From: Carcharhinus longimanus
Taxonomy: Eukaryota
NCBI GenBank assembly: GCA_030264375.1
Contig: JASCQW010000081.1
Span: forward strand, 49,116,948-49,180,947
Reading direction: 5' to 3'
Length of the DNA: 64,000 nt
Shown one piece after another: positions 49,899 to 62,004 of the stretch. Every line of letters begins with the position of its first letter. Position 1 is the stretch's first letter. The position numbers and the translations under genes are program-made. The notes under the pieces were generated by a model. It saw only the letters and a program-made list of their open reading frames with translations. It was not told the origin of the DNA and did no database searches.

Positions 49899-51961
49899 CT
49901 CAACTGCCCAGCTGCAGAGCTGGGCAAACGATGAAGAATCTCCAGGGCCACTGCTGCAATGGCGCTCCTAACTGAGTGGAGATCAACCAGTACCTTAGAT
50001 TGGTTTGTATCTTTGTTTCTACGCACTGAGACAACAATGGAGCCCTATTCTTGCCACATTTAACATGGAAGAAGGGAGAAATTACAATGTTAATATATTA
50101 AAAGGGGCTCTTGAATAGGGATGATTCAGAAAGAATTCGGTGCAGGTGCAATAGAATTCACTCGAAGAACAAATATAGCACAGGAACAGGCTCTTCAGCC
50201 CTCCAAGAACCACTAACATGGCTGGCTGGGTTGCCCAGGAATTATGGTTAACAGAGCAACAGTTGTTTAAACATGGTCAGTGTATTTTCTGCATACAGAC
50301 CTGCCTTGGTGTTGGAGGAAGGTTAGTACATGTTGATATGAAACTGTTGGCTTGTATAAACAACCAGTGGCCCTGCCCACCCTATCCTCCCCTCACTCAT
50401 TTATCTTATTCGCTCTACCGTTTTACCCAAGCACTTTCTCTCCATAGCTTTTCAAAGTGGTGTTGGGGTATTTAAATACTTTCCTAAACACAATATGTCA
50501 GACAGTGGCAGAAAAAGAAGCAGGGGGTGGGGGCTGGCTTCTGCACAGATACCCTCTAGGATTTCATGGACTGATCATATTCTGTGGGATCCTCTGTCGG
50601 AAGATTGCCCAGGCGAGTCAGAGACAGGTAGGCGCGTATTTATTTATCTGATAAGGTTTGGAAATGAAGGTTGTGATCCTGAATGGAAGACTCGGACTCG
50701 CTTCTCGCAAGGTGAGCACCCTCTGTCCATCAGAGATAGCAGTCACCGCATCTGCCCTGCAATGCTGGCATTGAGGTTGGGCTGTATAAAACTGGTCACA
50801 ATATGGATTTAATTAAAATAAATGTGTAAATAAAGGTTGCAGCAAGTGAAAGTTTATCATTTAAATAGAACCGCACCCTACCAAATGGGAAACAGGAAAG
50901 TGACGAGTAGAATTACTAGTTAAATAAATGACACCAATTAACAATAAAATAATTAGTAAGTGGAGACAGTTCAAGAGCTGTAATTTAAATGCACTTTCAC
51001 ATACTGTTCACACTATAAACAAGGGAAGTGTTATTATGGATTGAAGAGAGGACATGCTTCAAAGTACTTCCTTCTGTCCTCTAATACCTTTGGAGAGCTG
51101 CATGACTCTCCAGCCAGGAATATAGGTGCACCATTCCTTTAATGATGCAACCTCTGCAACTGGAAATCTCCAGTTTGCATGAGGACTGCCCTTCAGTTGT
51201 GGCCTGACATTCAATTTCTACCCACATGGACCATGTTGGTCATTGTGGGCTCAAATCTTAGTGGGATGAGGCATTCGTAAACTGATGGCCAATTCTCTGC
51301 CCACTGACCCTAAGCTGACTCTCATCAGCAACTCTTACTTGTTTGAACAAACTATAATACACACCAGAAAATGACGTACATGAATGGCAGTGAGAGATTT
51401 CAAATTGCGTACTACTCTGATCATTCGTGTACAGGTAAATCTCAAAACACTGAGGTCCCTGACAATGCATCCATTAATTTAGCTGTTACTCTTTACATCT
51501 GTTAATAAAATGTGCCAAACATCACACAGCAGAGCAAACCAAAGAATGACACTACGTGGGAGAGCTGTTGGCCCATCTGCATACGTGAGCTCTTTCAATT
51601 GGCTGTTCAATTATTACCATCCCCTACTGTTATTCCATAGCCCTGTAAAATTTTCCCTCTGAGGATTAATCCAGTTCTCTTTTGAATGTTAAATTTTGTG
51701 GGATGGGGAAGGGAGGGAAGTGGGGCTAATGCCCTAGTGGGAGAACAGAGGAGCGGGGGAGAAACGAGTCGAGGATTCACTGCCTGATTGCTTTTCACTA
51801 ACCATGCTAATAAAAGGGTGCGCAAGGATAGTGGGCAAGAACTCAGTCAGAACGTGAAGCCTCCCACAATCAACTATCCCTGTCACTCTTACTGTCTGGG
51901 CTTATCCGTTTTAAATTGCAAGGTAACAGAATGCAAGCAGTACTCAAAGAAATGATAGCAA

Positions 51962-52274
51962 CCTTACAGTGCAGAAAGAGGCCATTTGGCCCATAGAGTC
52001 TGTATCCACACTCTCCGAAAGAGCACTCCTCCTACGCCCACTCCTCGCCCTATTGCCATAATCCTGAGCACTGACCTAACCGTCTCTGGGCACGAAGGGG
52101 CAATTTTAGTACAGCCAATCCACCTAAGCTGCACATCTTTAGACTGAGAGGGGAAAACGAAGCACCGGGGACAGGGAGAACACACAAACTCCACACTAAC
52201 AGTCACCCACGCTAGAATCAAACCTGGGTCTCTGGCGCTGTGAGGCAGCAGTGCTAACCACTGTGCCACCATGC
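51962..52274 (-). mobile_element. HE1-type V-SINE
   Basis: ggtggcacagtggttagcactgctgcctcacagcgccag head and CR1-like tail. Confidence 0.8.
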
Positions 52275-54139
52275 ATATCAGTGAAACAACAGCCATCCTG
52301 AAACTTCCTGAACAAAAGAAGAACTGGGAAGAACTGGAAAAACACTGGAAATATGATTTCAGAGGAGGAGTCATATATGTGGAGATAACTGACCTATTTG
52401 AACATTAAATTCTGCAATTATTGATGCATCATTTAAGTAATAAAGGGTGATAAAAGAAGAAGACACACTCTTACTCAAACATGCCAGTTATTAAACCAGC
52501 CAGAATAAAATGCATGCAAAATCAAACTTACTAAGACCACACAAAGAAGAAGCAAAACACTTCGTAATTTATTTTGACTTCTTTACAATCAGTGAAAAGT
52601 CCAGGCAAGAGTTTATTACAAGAGTGTGATTTTGCAAGTAAATTTCTAATGGCTAGTTTGTTGGCTTGTGCCATTCCAAACACATAATTCACACAAATGC
52701 ATGGAATGTTAAAGAGCAGGAATGCAAACGGTTGTTGCCCTTGTGTAAGGATTAACATTCAGGCAAAATACACTGCACTTGGAACAAAAATAACTACTTA
52801 TCCTGGGCACACTTAACATTTCTAGAAATTAATTTGCGCACAAAAGGACAATTCTAAAATATAAAGTTCCTTAGAGGAAGAGTTACTTTCAAAACAAACG
52901 TTCTTTGTGCAATTTTCAACAACAAAATAGATAAGTGTGACTGAGGGGCGACCAGGCTTTTTAAGCCATCAAATAAGCAGCCCATCAGTACACTTTCTGT
53001 TCACCTTCTGGCCCCTGAGCTTAATGGCCACAGAATCATCCCATTCAACACAAGGTAGCTTTGATCTTTTAGTCAGCTCCAATCAATATTAAGATAAGGC
53101 TGTTCAAAGTCTGGTCATTTTAACAATTGCAAATCATTCTCTTCTGTCGAAGCAGTTCTTGTCGAAGTCAATGACTCAGTGACAGCACCAGGGTTTGAAG
53201 CTCTTATTTTTCATTCTCTAATTCCACAGCCTAGGGGTCTAAATAATAAATCCATACAGGTGTTGTAGCCTGTCACTAACAGACAAAAAACAGCAACACA
53301 TCTCCATTATTCAACCATTCATGTGCTCTATTGATTTTGTCTTCCTTCTCCTCCCAGTTTCTCTAACTTTCTTGCCTCCGTCTCTCCTGAAGGAGTGCAC
53401 TCACGCTGGTGCCTGCTTTCTTGGGCACCCTCTCATTTCTTGCTCATGTTGCTGGCATCATATTCATCCATGGGGGATGGGTGAGGAGCTTTACAAACCA
53501 AGGCCAAGGATCCCATACAACATGCTTTTAAAGCCTTGAGAAATTGGGACCATACAGAGACCCATCATCAATGCATAAATACTCATTAAAAAGCTGAGTG
53601 AGAAAAAGACAGACACTATACACAGGGAGAACAGAAGTGATGAAGAGTGACTATGCTAATCTGTAGGAGATGAAGTACAAAGACAGAAGAATCTTTTTGT
53701 AAACATCTTAAAAGCTAATTGTTTCCTATCCACTGAAAGTTTCTTCAGAAGAATTCAGAAGCTGAGCAGTCTCACTTTATTTAAGCTTCTATTTTAGACT
53801 TCCAAAGATCAAAATCAGTTAGGATTCCATTCTTCCTAAACAGCTCACCAGAATCTGGTCAAAAGAGCCCGAAGGTAGAAACCCAAAGACCCGAGAGTCA
53901 GTCAGACCGAAAGGAGTAATGATTTCAAGTGAACATTAAATAGATACACATATCCACACACCACTGCATAAATATACAGAGTCACAAAATATTGAAGCAG
54001 GCTAGCAGGTCATTAAGCCCATCAAGTCTGAACTTGTATATTTTTTCTACATGATTGCCTCCCATGCCATTAAACATTCCTCTCTCTTAAACAACAGTTT
54101 AATTCCCTTTTAAAATAACTTATCACTCAAGTTCATAAT

Positions 54140-54159
54140 TGTGTAAGTGTATATGCAAG

Positions 54160-54193
<34 letters not shown>

Positions 54194-54490
54194 CGTCAGC
54201 TATTGCGTGTGGTCGTGTCGCTATGTGAATTGTACAGGCGAGTGAGTGTTTAAGGCTGCGTAGACAAGAAAGCAAATGGGCATGTTGAGTTGAGCTAGTG
54301 TTTGAGTATGAATGCAAGCAAGTGAGTGTGAGCGATTGAGTGAATGTGAGCACAGTGAGTGTGCGAGTAAGCGAGTGTGAGACTGTGCATGTGTCCACGG
54401 GCAATTGAGTGTGCAAGGATGAATAAGTGTGTGTGTGCAGGTGAGTGAGAGTCTGCAAGTATGTGAATGCAAATGAACAAGTGTGTAAAG
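54140..54490. repeat. (TG)n microsatellite and degenerate TG-rich tract
   Basis: Pure gtgtgt runs at 54159-54193 followed by degenerate gtgagt/gtgtgc units. Confidence 0.85.
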
Positions 54491-55336
54491 GAAAGCAGGC
54501 ATGCTAACACAGTGAAGCAGCTAATACCCATGCTGTGCTGCTGCCAGTCCCAGTCTCTCACTCTGGCTGCTTAGCAAGCATCAAATGCTGCTGTTACAAA
54601 ATTTCATCTACACTGGGGAAGCATCACTGCCAGACAGCAAAAGTTGCAAAATCAACCTTTCACTTTGAGTATAAATTAGCATCACCTAGCTGCGAGAAAA
54701 TCCAATTATCATTTTTAGAGACAAGAGCTGGAGAAATCTGCTCATTTGTTCTGATGTGATTTGAATTTGAGCTTTTCAGACCTGACAAGACCAAGCTGAA
54801 CCATTTCTGAAAGTAAGTAATTGCATCATTTGATCCTCTTCCCTTGCCATCCTCTTCATACTACAGAAGAAATTCAACATCCACACGAGCAAACTTTCTG
54901 TCCTTCAGACTAGCAACATAACAAAACGCTTTGTCAACCTACATGGACAGTCTGAAAACCCACAGTCAGATTGACAACTACTCATCTATCCTTTTACCAC
55001 TGGCACAAAATAATCTAGAGTTCTTGAAGAAACGCCACCCTGAAGAGATTAACTTTGTCCAGGTAAGAGATTCAAATCCTACTCTGTCAGATTAACTGAA
55101 ATCAATCAGGACAATGACCATCACATTACAATCAAACCAAGGTGTCAGCTCCTGCTGAGAGTGTAATTGGGATGGGGAAGTGTTAAAAGAGACAGAACAA
55201 GAATAAGGAAAGAAGAGTGCACATGATTGAGAGAGAAAGAGAGCAAGGATGTGTGTGTGTGTAGGCAAACATAGCATCAGGTTCACTTGTGATGCCTCCC
55301 ATGTTTGAATAGCCTATTGCTGATACCATTTTGGTA

Positions 55337-55576
55337 TGATGTGGGTATGCCGGCGTTGGACTGGCGTAAACACAGTAAAAAGTCTGACAACACCAGGTTT
55401 TAGTCNNNNNNNNNNNNNNNNNNNNNNNNNNNNNNNNNNNNNNNNNNNNNNNNNNNNNNNNNNNNNNNNNNNNNNNNNNNNNNNNNNNNNNNNNNNNNNN
55501 NNNNNTAACCCCGAAAGCTTGTGAGTCTATTATCAAATAAATAGGTTGGACTAAAACCTGGTGTTGTCAGACTTTT
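55337..55576. mobile_element. PLE-derived inverted-repeat element, copy 5 (second subfamily, centre in gap)
   Basis: Tail tgatgtgggtatgccggcgttggactgg, inverted arms agtaaaaagtctgacaacaccagg / cctggtgttgtcagacttttta, hammerhead 3' half ccccGAAAgcttgtgag at ~55509, and 13 bp TSD taccattttggta at 55324-55336 and 55577-55589. Confidence 0.8.
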
Positions 55577-56550
55577 TACCATTTTGGTAAACATACGAAT
55601 GTGGAAAGTTGGGCAAACTGTCACAGAGTCCCAAATAGCAGTGGGGCTTCACCCCAGCAAGTCAACAAGTGAGAAAAGGTGAAACTTTTTACCTTTTCAC
55701 CTGAATGAGTCCCACTTATGAAAAAATGTCATGCTTGTTCCCTTCTCCCAAAAAGTTACATCAACCATAGCTTCAGCTGAGTCTAAGAACTGGTGCAGGG
55801 TCTGCAGAATAGCCACATGCTCCTCACCAGCCCTCCCTTTGTGTCTGTTATTACTTATGTGGGCAACTCAATTTTATTTTGTTTGCTTGCTTGAACTATA
55901 AACTTGAGGTGTCTCAAATTTCAATCGTATGATATAATTTTTTAAATCTTTTAGTAGTCATCCCCCAATTTTATTACAAGTTGTAAATTTTAATTCTGCA
56001 TCATGCCAAATCACAGCATATGCAGAAACACTACTACTTCTTCCCAGACTGATAAATGTTAACCATTACTTTGCTAAATAAACTAGGAGAGGAATATATT
56101 ACAGTCTGCAGTTACACTGCAAATCTCGATGTTATTTGGTTTATTTGGCATCCACATGAAAGCCCTATGCCTATAATGAAGGACAGAATAAAAGTTTTAA
56201 AGAGCAAGGCAGCAGATGATTCCAGATGTGGTGGTTAAATGATGGGAGGAAGAATGGGGAGGTAAAGACATAAGATACAGTTTGAGATTCTGGGAAAGAA
56301 TAAGTTTAGAGTAAAGTGTCTGGAAAATAGGATCAGAATAGTTAGATAGTTTGTCTTTGACTGCCACAGACACAATGGGCTGAAAGGTCTTCTTCTGTGC
56401 TGTATACCTCCATGACTCTAGATTGTCTGGTGCAATAAATCTCCATTTCAACATTGTGAAGATGTAGCTGGGAGGAAAAATGACCCGCAAATTGCAAATC
56501 ATAACAAATGGAACGATTCGCGTGGCTCTGATGTTAGCCTCACACAGACA

Positions 56551-56855
56551 GGCATAGTGGGTTAGCACTGCTGCCTCACAACACCAGGGATCCATGTTCG
56601 ATTCCAGGCTTGGGTGACTGTGTAGAGTTTGCACCTTCTCCCAGTGTCTGTGTGGGTTTCCTCGGGGTGCTCTGGCTTCCTCCCACAGTCCAAAGATTTG
56701 GGGGTTAGGTTGATTGACCACACTAAATTGCCCTTAGTGTCAGGGGGTTAGCAGGGTAAATATGTGGGAATGCAGGAATAGGGCCTGGGTGGGATTGTGG
56801 TTGGTGCATACTCGATGGGCCAAATGGCAACCTTCTGCACTGTAGGGATTCTATG
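56551..56855 (+). mobile_element. HE1-type V-SINE
   Basis: Head, V-domain and tail gatgggccaaatggc...gggattctatg. Confidence 0.8.
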
Positions 56856-59271
56856 GAGTAACTCACCCTCAATCTCCCAATGAATTTCATAAAGTTGGTG
56901 CATTTGTGTATTGGCTGCTACTTAAACATGCTTCAGGAAGTTAGGACTGAACAGTACTTTAATTAGGAGATTATTATTGAGGAGATTTATATTCCTACAA
57001 TGCCACTCTGGCTCTGGAAAGGGCCAATTCAAATTGTACAGTCTAATTCCTACATTGTAAAACAGTTGGAAATTTTGAGAAGTTAAAATTAATATAAAGT
57101 CTATCTGTTTCTCTCTTAATCCAAGCTTTCGTTCCCCCTCTATTTGTCTTTCTGCACCTACTGTGACTCACTATTGTACTTTTTTCTCTGTCTTTAAGGT
57201 TTTAATCTCAATTCTTAAATCTCGTTAGTTAAGGAGACAGATCATTGGTCCCATCACTCATTAAAGGTCCCAGATGTCCTGTTGCTTTTGCCACACTGTT
57301 ATCAGCTCCCACTTCCAACAACTGACAGCACAAATAAATTTTCATGGTGGGGGGTGAATAAAGTACAATTAATAGGGAAAACAGCAAGAGGTCCCAGTCC
57401 TGCAAACCTGGGCCCCTATGTTGACTAAACTGATTTAAATCAGCACTTCTGCAGTTTAAGGCACCAAATTTTCAGAGGATCAATTTCACGCAGCCACGAT
57501 AAAATTTTCAACACTCATTGACCTGAAATTTTCACAGCGGCTGCCGGATTTGCTGAGCATTTCCAGCATTTTTTGGGAGGGGTTTTATTTCAGATTTTCA
57601 GCATCTGCAGTATTGTTTTTGCTTTAAAATTTCAACAAGGCTGGTGACTTCCCAAGTACACTGGGTTCCAGAATCCCTGATCCAATGCGGAATGATAATC
57701 CAGTGTAAATTGTACATTTGCTGTCCAACAGTAAACTCTCGCTCAATTGCGTATAAACAGACTAATGTCAGGAGTCAAGGTTTTGCACAGTTTAGATTCC
57801 TCGACAGAATAAATAGACTGCAGAACCCATTATGAACATGTCAGTTTCTCCCCACCTTTTTGGGAAGAGTAGGGATAAGCAAACGCACATTTTGTGAAGA
57901 AAAAAATGAAGTGTGTAAACAAATAGTTTCAAGGGAGAGATTCTGATAAAGGGTGGCATTCCACAAAAAATAATAATATATCTTGATTAACTTTCCCATT
58001 AGATCACCAGTAACAGGAGTGACCCTCCAGTCAATCTTTCTCATTTGCAATGCAACAGCACAGTAGACTATTGTCTTCAGGACTGAGGGACACACATCAT
58101 TTCCCTTAATGCAATGACTTTACTATCATGATACTGGGCCTTTCTTTGTCTTTTTACAGCATTTTTTTAAGTAAACAAGGTTACAAATCAACCACATATT
58201 AAATACTAAGTGACTTATTTTAACATGATGCATGAACTAAATGACATCCCGTGTACAGTACTCAACTCTCAAAGTATGGAGCAAGTTTGTTTTATCTAAA
58301 ACTGTGGAATAAAACAAATGTAATTTAAGAGTTGGAAAGCAAATTTATTAAATTTTAAAACCCCTTTGATAACTTTCCTGGGAGTTTATTGTAAAGGCTG
58401 ATACCAGGTCTGGGGTTCCAGGGAATGTGAGGGTTTATTCACGAGCCCCATCCCTCCTTACATTTGGGTTGCTGACCAGGTCATTTTTCTTGTGCTAGTT
58501 AAGCAGAAGAATTCACACCGGGCTGTCGATTTACAATTTACAGGGATTGAGTGGGAGAGGGGTCTCAAGCTGAGAACTCACTCATCTCCTACACAAGAGT
58601 TAAGATTGCATTGTACATCCGCGGGGATAGAGGCTGCCAACTCTGGCCCCCTGGGGAGAAGAGGGGGGTGGGGGCAGAGGAGATGAAATGCCTAATCCCT
58701 TCACATTTCAGACACTTATTGTACTGACAGTTTATTGGTAAATTAAAAACCATGCAAAGAACTGCCCAACACTGCTTTTTCCGAAATTGAAAAGCAAAAT
58801 CCAATTGCCACTTGAAAGGCAGCGTGTTTACTACACCCAATACCCATTTACAGAAACACCATTAAATCAAGGATAAACTTTAAAATCGTTTTCTTTAATT
58901 GAACTTTTTAAATTGGATCCCGAGACAAACAAGGCAAAGTTTGCACTTGGTGTGAAACTGACAGGCTGTCCACGCACTCAGTGATTTCTCGCTAAGTTGC
59001 TGGCATCCCGGGGGGAGATTGGTTTGAAAAGTAAGTACATTATTCTACATGCATTTATCATCCAAATGACAAATGCTCCAGCGCTTCCACACAACTTGGA
59101 GTCTAACCCGGCACACAGATTAGCACCAGATTTATTTCCATTAAAAAAAAACACATCCTGGAATGTCTAAATAACTCTGGGTCCCATTTAACCACATCCG
59201 ATTCTCAGCCAATGTTTTAAAAGAGAAACTGGCTTTACAGTTGGCGTTCCCCCCCCACCTCCCCACCTTAC

Positions 59272-59374
59272 CGTTAGCGGAGTGCTGAAGCACCAGGTTG
59301 GATCCCAGGAAGAGGAAGAGAGTTTGGAAGTTTGCAGCCCAGCCTAGGGGATGTTTAGCCCCGGGATGCTCCAT
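59272..59374 (-). CDS. First coding exon (signal peptide) of an unidentified secreted/type I membrane protein: MEHPGAKHPLGWAANFQTLFLFLGSNLVLQHSAN(G)
   Basis: ATG in strong Kozak context (ggggcaATGG), hydrophobic core FQTLFLFLGSNLVL, small residues at the end (HSAN), then a phase-1 donor AACG|GTAAGG. Locally GC/CpG-richer, CAG-repeat leader. No clear downstream coding exon found in the window. Confidence 0.7.
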
Positions 59375-59677
59375 TGCCCCAGTCGCTGCTGCTGCTGTCC
59401 ACACTTCAGTTTGGGTTTATTTATCTCGGGATTGCTGCTGAGCCACTGGAGGGTTTATTTTCTCTCTCACTCGCTGCCTCTTCAAGCCCTCTGTTGCTTC
59501 ACCCTCTGTAAAATCTGCAGCATCCCATCTATGGGCTCGCACACGGGCTGCTGCTGCTGCTGCTGTGACTGGGACTGATACAGTCTCTCCTCTCCGTCTC
59601 CCCCCTCCTCCGGGTGGCCAGAGAACAGCTCAGTAGCACCACCCCATGGAGCCTGACTGCAGCTCGGCATCGCCACC
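59375..59677 (-). other. 5' UTR part of the same exon, with putative splice acceptor at 59678 and an upstream ORF
   Basis: Minus strand tgtatttctctctgtctgcacag|GGTGGCGATG is a good acceptor. uORF 59670-59482 (MPSCSQ...QSQSQQQQQQP...) and (CAG)n runs lie within it. Confidence 0.45.
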
Positions 59678-59684
59678 CTGTGCA

Positions 59685-60415
59685 GACAGAGAGAAATACA
59701 GAACTACCCCATGGCCTAAGGGAGAGAAAATATAGAACTACCCCCGTGGGTAAGAGAGAGCACTATCCACATTTGATTTGATTTATTAGTGTCACATCTA
59801 TTAACATACAGTGAAAAGTATTGTTTCTTGCACGTTATACAGACAAAGCATACCATTCATAGAGAAGGAAATGAGAGAGTGCAGAATGTAGTGTTACAGA
59901 CATGGCTAGGGTGTAGAGAAAGATCAACTTAATGTGAGGCATGTCCATTCAAAAAGTCTGACAGCAGCAAAGAAGAAGCTATTCTTGCATTGGTTGATAC
60001 ACGACCTCAGGCTTTTATATCTTTTTCCAGACGGAAGAAGGTGGAAGAGAGAATGCTTGGGGTGCATGGGGTCCTTAATTATGCTGGCTGCTTTGCAGAG
60101 GCAGCAGAAAGTGTAAACAGAGTCAATGGATGGGAGGCTGGTTTGCATGATGGATTGGGCTACACTCACAACCTTTCGTAGTTCCTTGTGGACTTTGGCA
60201 GAGCAGGAGCCACACCAAGCTGTGATACAACCAGAGAGAAAGAGAGAGAAATACAGAATGACCTCCATGGGGTAAGAGGGATATACAGAACTTTCCCCCT
60301 GCTCCCCCCCCCACCCCCATGGGGTAAGAGAGAGAAGGAGAGACACACAGAACACTCCCCTGGGATAAGAGAGAGAGAAATACAGAACTACCCCCATGGG
60401 GTAAGAGAAAGAAAA
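59685..60415. repeat. ~35 bp minisatellite (gagagagaaatacagaactacccccatggggtaa) split by a LINE insertion
   Basis: About two units at 59685-59760 and about four at 60235-60415. Confidence 0.7.
59772..60232 (-). mobile_element. Rex1/Babar-like LINE 3' end
   Basis: SGCITAWCGSCS...LPSIDSVYT...IIKDPMHPKHSLFHLLPSGKRYKSLRS...KNSFF; (atcaa)n tail. Confidence 0.85.
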
Positions 60416-60600
60416 ATAAGGTGGTAGGGACAGGAGCAGGCTATTCATCCCATTGAACCTGCTCTGACATTCACTATAATCATGGCTGATCAGACAATTC
60501 AATACCGTTTATGCACATTATCTCCATAACCATTTACAGTATTGTTAATCAGAAATCTCTACTTTAAACATGCTCAATGACTGAACTTCTATAACCCTCT

Positions 60601-60885
60601 GGGTGGTATGTGGCACAGTGGTTAGCACTGCTGCCTCACAGTGCCAGGGACCCAGGTTCAATTCCAGCCTTGGGTCACTGTCTGTGTGGAGTTTGCATGT
60701 TCTATCTCCGTGGGTTTCCTCCCATACTTCAAAGATATGCGGATTAGCTTGATTGGCCATATTAAATTGTACCGTTGTGTTAAGCAAGGTAAATACTGTG
60801 GAGTTACAGGGGTAGGGTGGGATTGTTGTCGGTACAGGTTTGATGGGCTGAATAACCTCCATCTGCATTATCAGGATTCTATGAT
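60601..60885 (+). mobile_element. HE1-type V-SINE adjoining a minus-strand CR1 3' end (60415-60600)
   Basis: gtggcacagtggttagcactgctgcctcacag head and gattctatgatt tail. Confidence 0.8.
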
Positions 60886-61119
60886 TACCAATCACAACTA
60901 ATGGACCTTTGGCAGCAACACCGCACCAGAGCAAAGGCTGATGGTGCTACAAAGAGCCAAGCACTGATCCAAACAGATGGCCCATAAAGAGTACCTTCAA
61001 GCAATAAGAATGACCATCTGGTGTCCCGTAAGAAACACAAACGTGAGGTGACTGACAAAACCGAAAATGATGTGACTGGTAAAGCAAAGAGCAGTGAATA
61101 CAGGTTTCACACCATTAAT

Positions 61120-61880
61120 CTCGTGGAAAATGGGGCGGATGACCAAAAACTTGGTCAGTTTTCAAGGAGGAAGCAAAGGAAGGTCGAGAGGCAGAGAGGT
61201 TAGGGAGGGAATCCCAGAGCTCAGGCCCAGGCAACTGAAGATGAGACCACCATTGTCCTGCAATTAAAATCAGGAATGCTTAAGTTGCCAGAATTGGAGG
61301 AGCAAAAATATCTTGAAGAGTTGTAGGGCTGGACTGTGCCACAATGGTTCACACTGCTGCCTCACAGCGCCAGGGATCCAGGTTCAATTTCCATTTTGGG
61401 TCACTGTTTGGGTGGAGTTTGCATGTTCTCCCATTGTCTGCATGGGTTTCCTTTGGGTGCTCTGGTTTCCTCCCGCAGTCCAAAGACATGTGGGTTGGGT
61501 GGATTGGCCATGGTAAATTGTCCATTAGTGTCAGGGAGATTAGCAGGATAAATATGTGCAGCTATGGGGATAGGGGCTGGGTGGGATTGTGGTTGGTGCA
61601 GACTCGATGGGCCAAATGGCCTCCTTCTGCACTGTAGGGATTCTATTCTATAATTCTGGAGAAGGTAAAGGCATAGGGAAGAGTGGGGCCATGAAGCAAT
61701 CTGAAAACATACTTTAAAAGTTGAGTTATTGTTCAACCAGATATCAAGGTACATCAGCAAGCTCATGGGTGATTGGTAAATGGGACTTGGTACAAGAGAG
61801 CACATGGATGGAGTTTCGTTTACCTTAAGTTTGGGAAGGGTAATGTGAGAGGGGAGGCAAGAATGCCTTAGCGAGTCCAA
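61120..61880 (-). mobile_element. L2 LINE 3' fragment interrupted by a plus-strand HE1 SINE (61328-61650)
   Basis: L2-like gcctgggccctgagctctgggattccctccctaa on the minus strand; full HE1 copy in the middle. Confidence 0.65.
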
Positions 61881-62004
61881 TCCAGAGATAACAACATACA
61901 TGGACTCTGTTATCTTGGTTATGGGTCTTGACAGGGAGCTGTTCATGATCTGGTCCTAAAGATACTGCTGAAGGCAAAGCTGTTGGTTAAAAGCTACCTT
62001 TTTC

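Noticed and set aside
56551-56625. tRNA-like sequences at SINE heads
   Set aside because: These are tRNA-derived Pol III promoters of HE1/Deu SINEs continuing into SINE bodies, not tRNA genes.
59272-59374. Assigning a gene symbol (CSMD1, ADGRG6, SUSD4 considered)
   Set aside because: Signal peptides are poorly conserved and no diagnostic downstream exon is in the window.
59685-60415. Regularly spaced ~35 bp repeats superficially like a CRISPR array
   Set aside because: Eukaryotic context, no unique spacers and no cas genes; it is a degenerate minisatellite.
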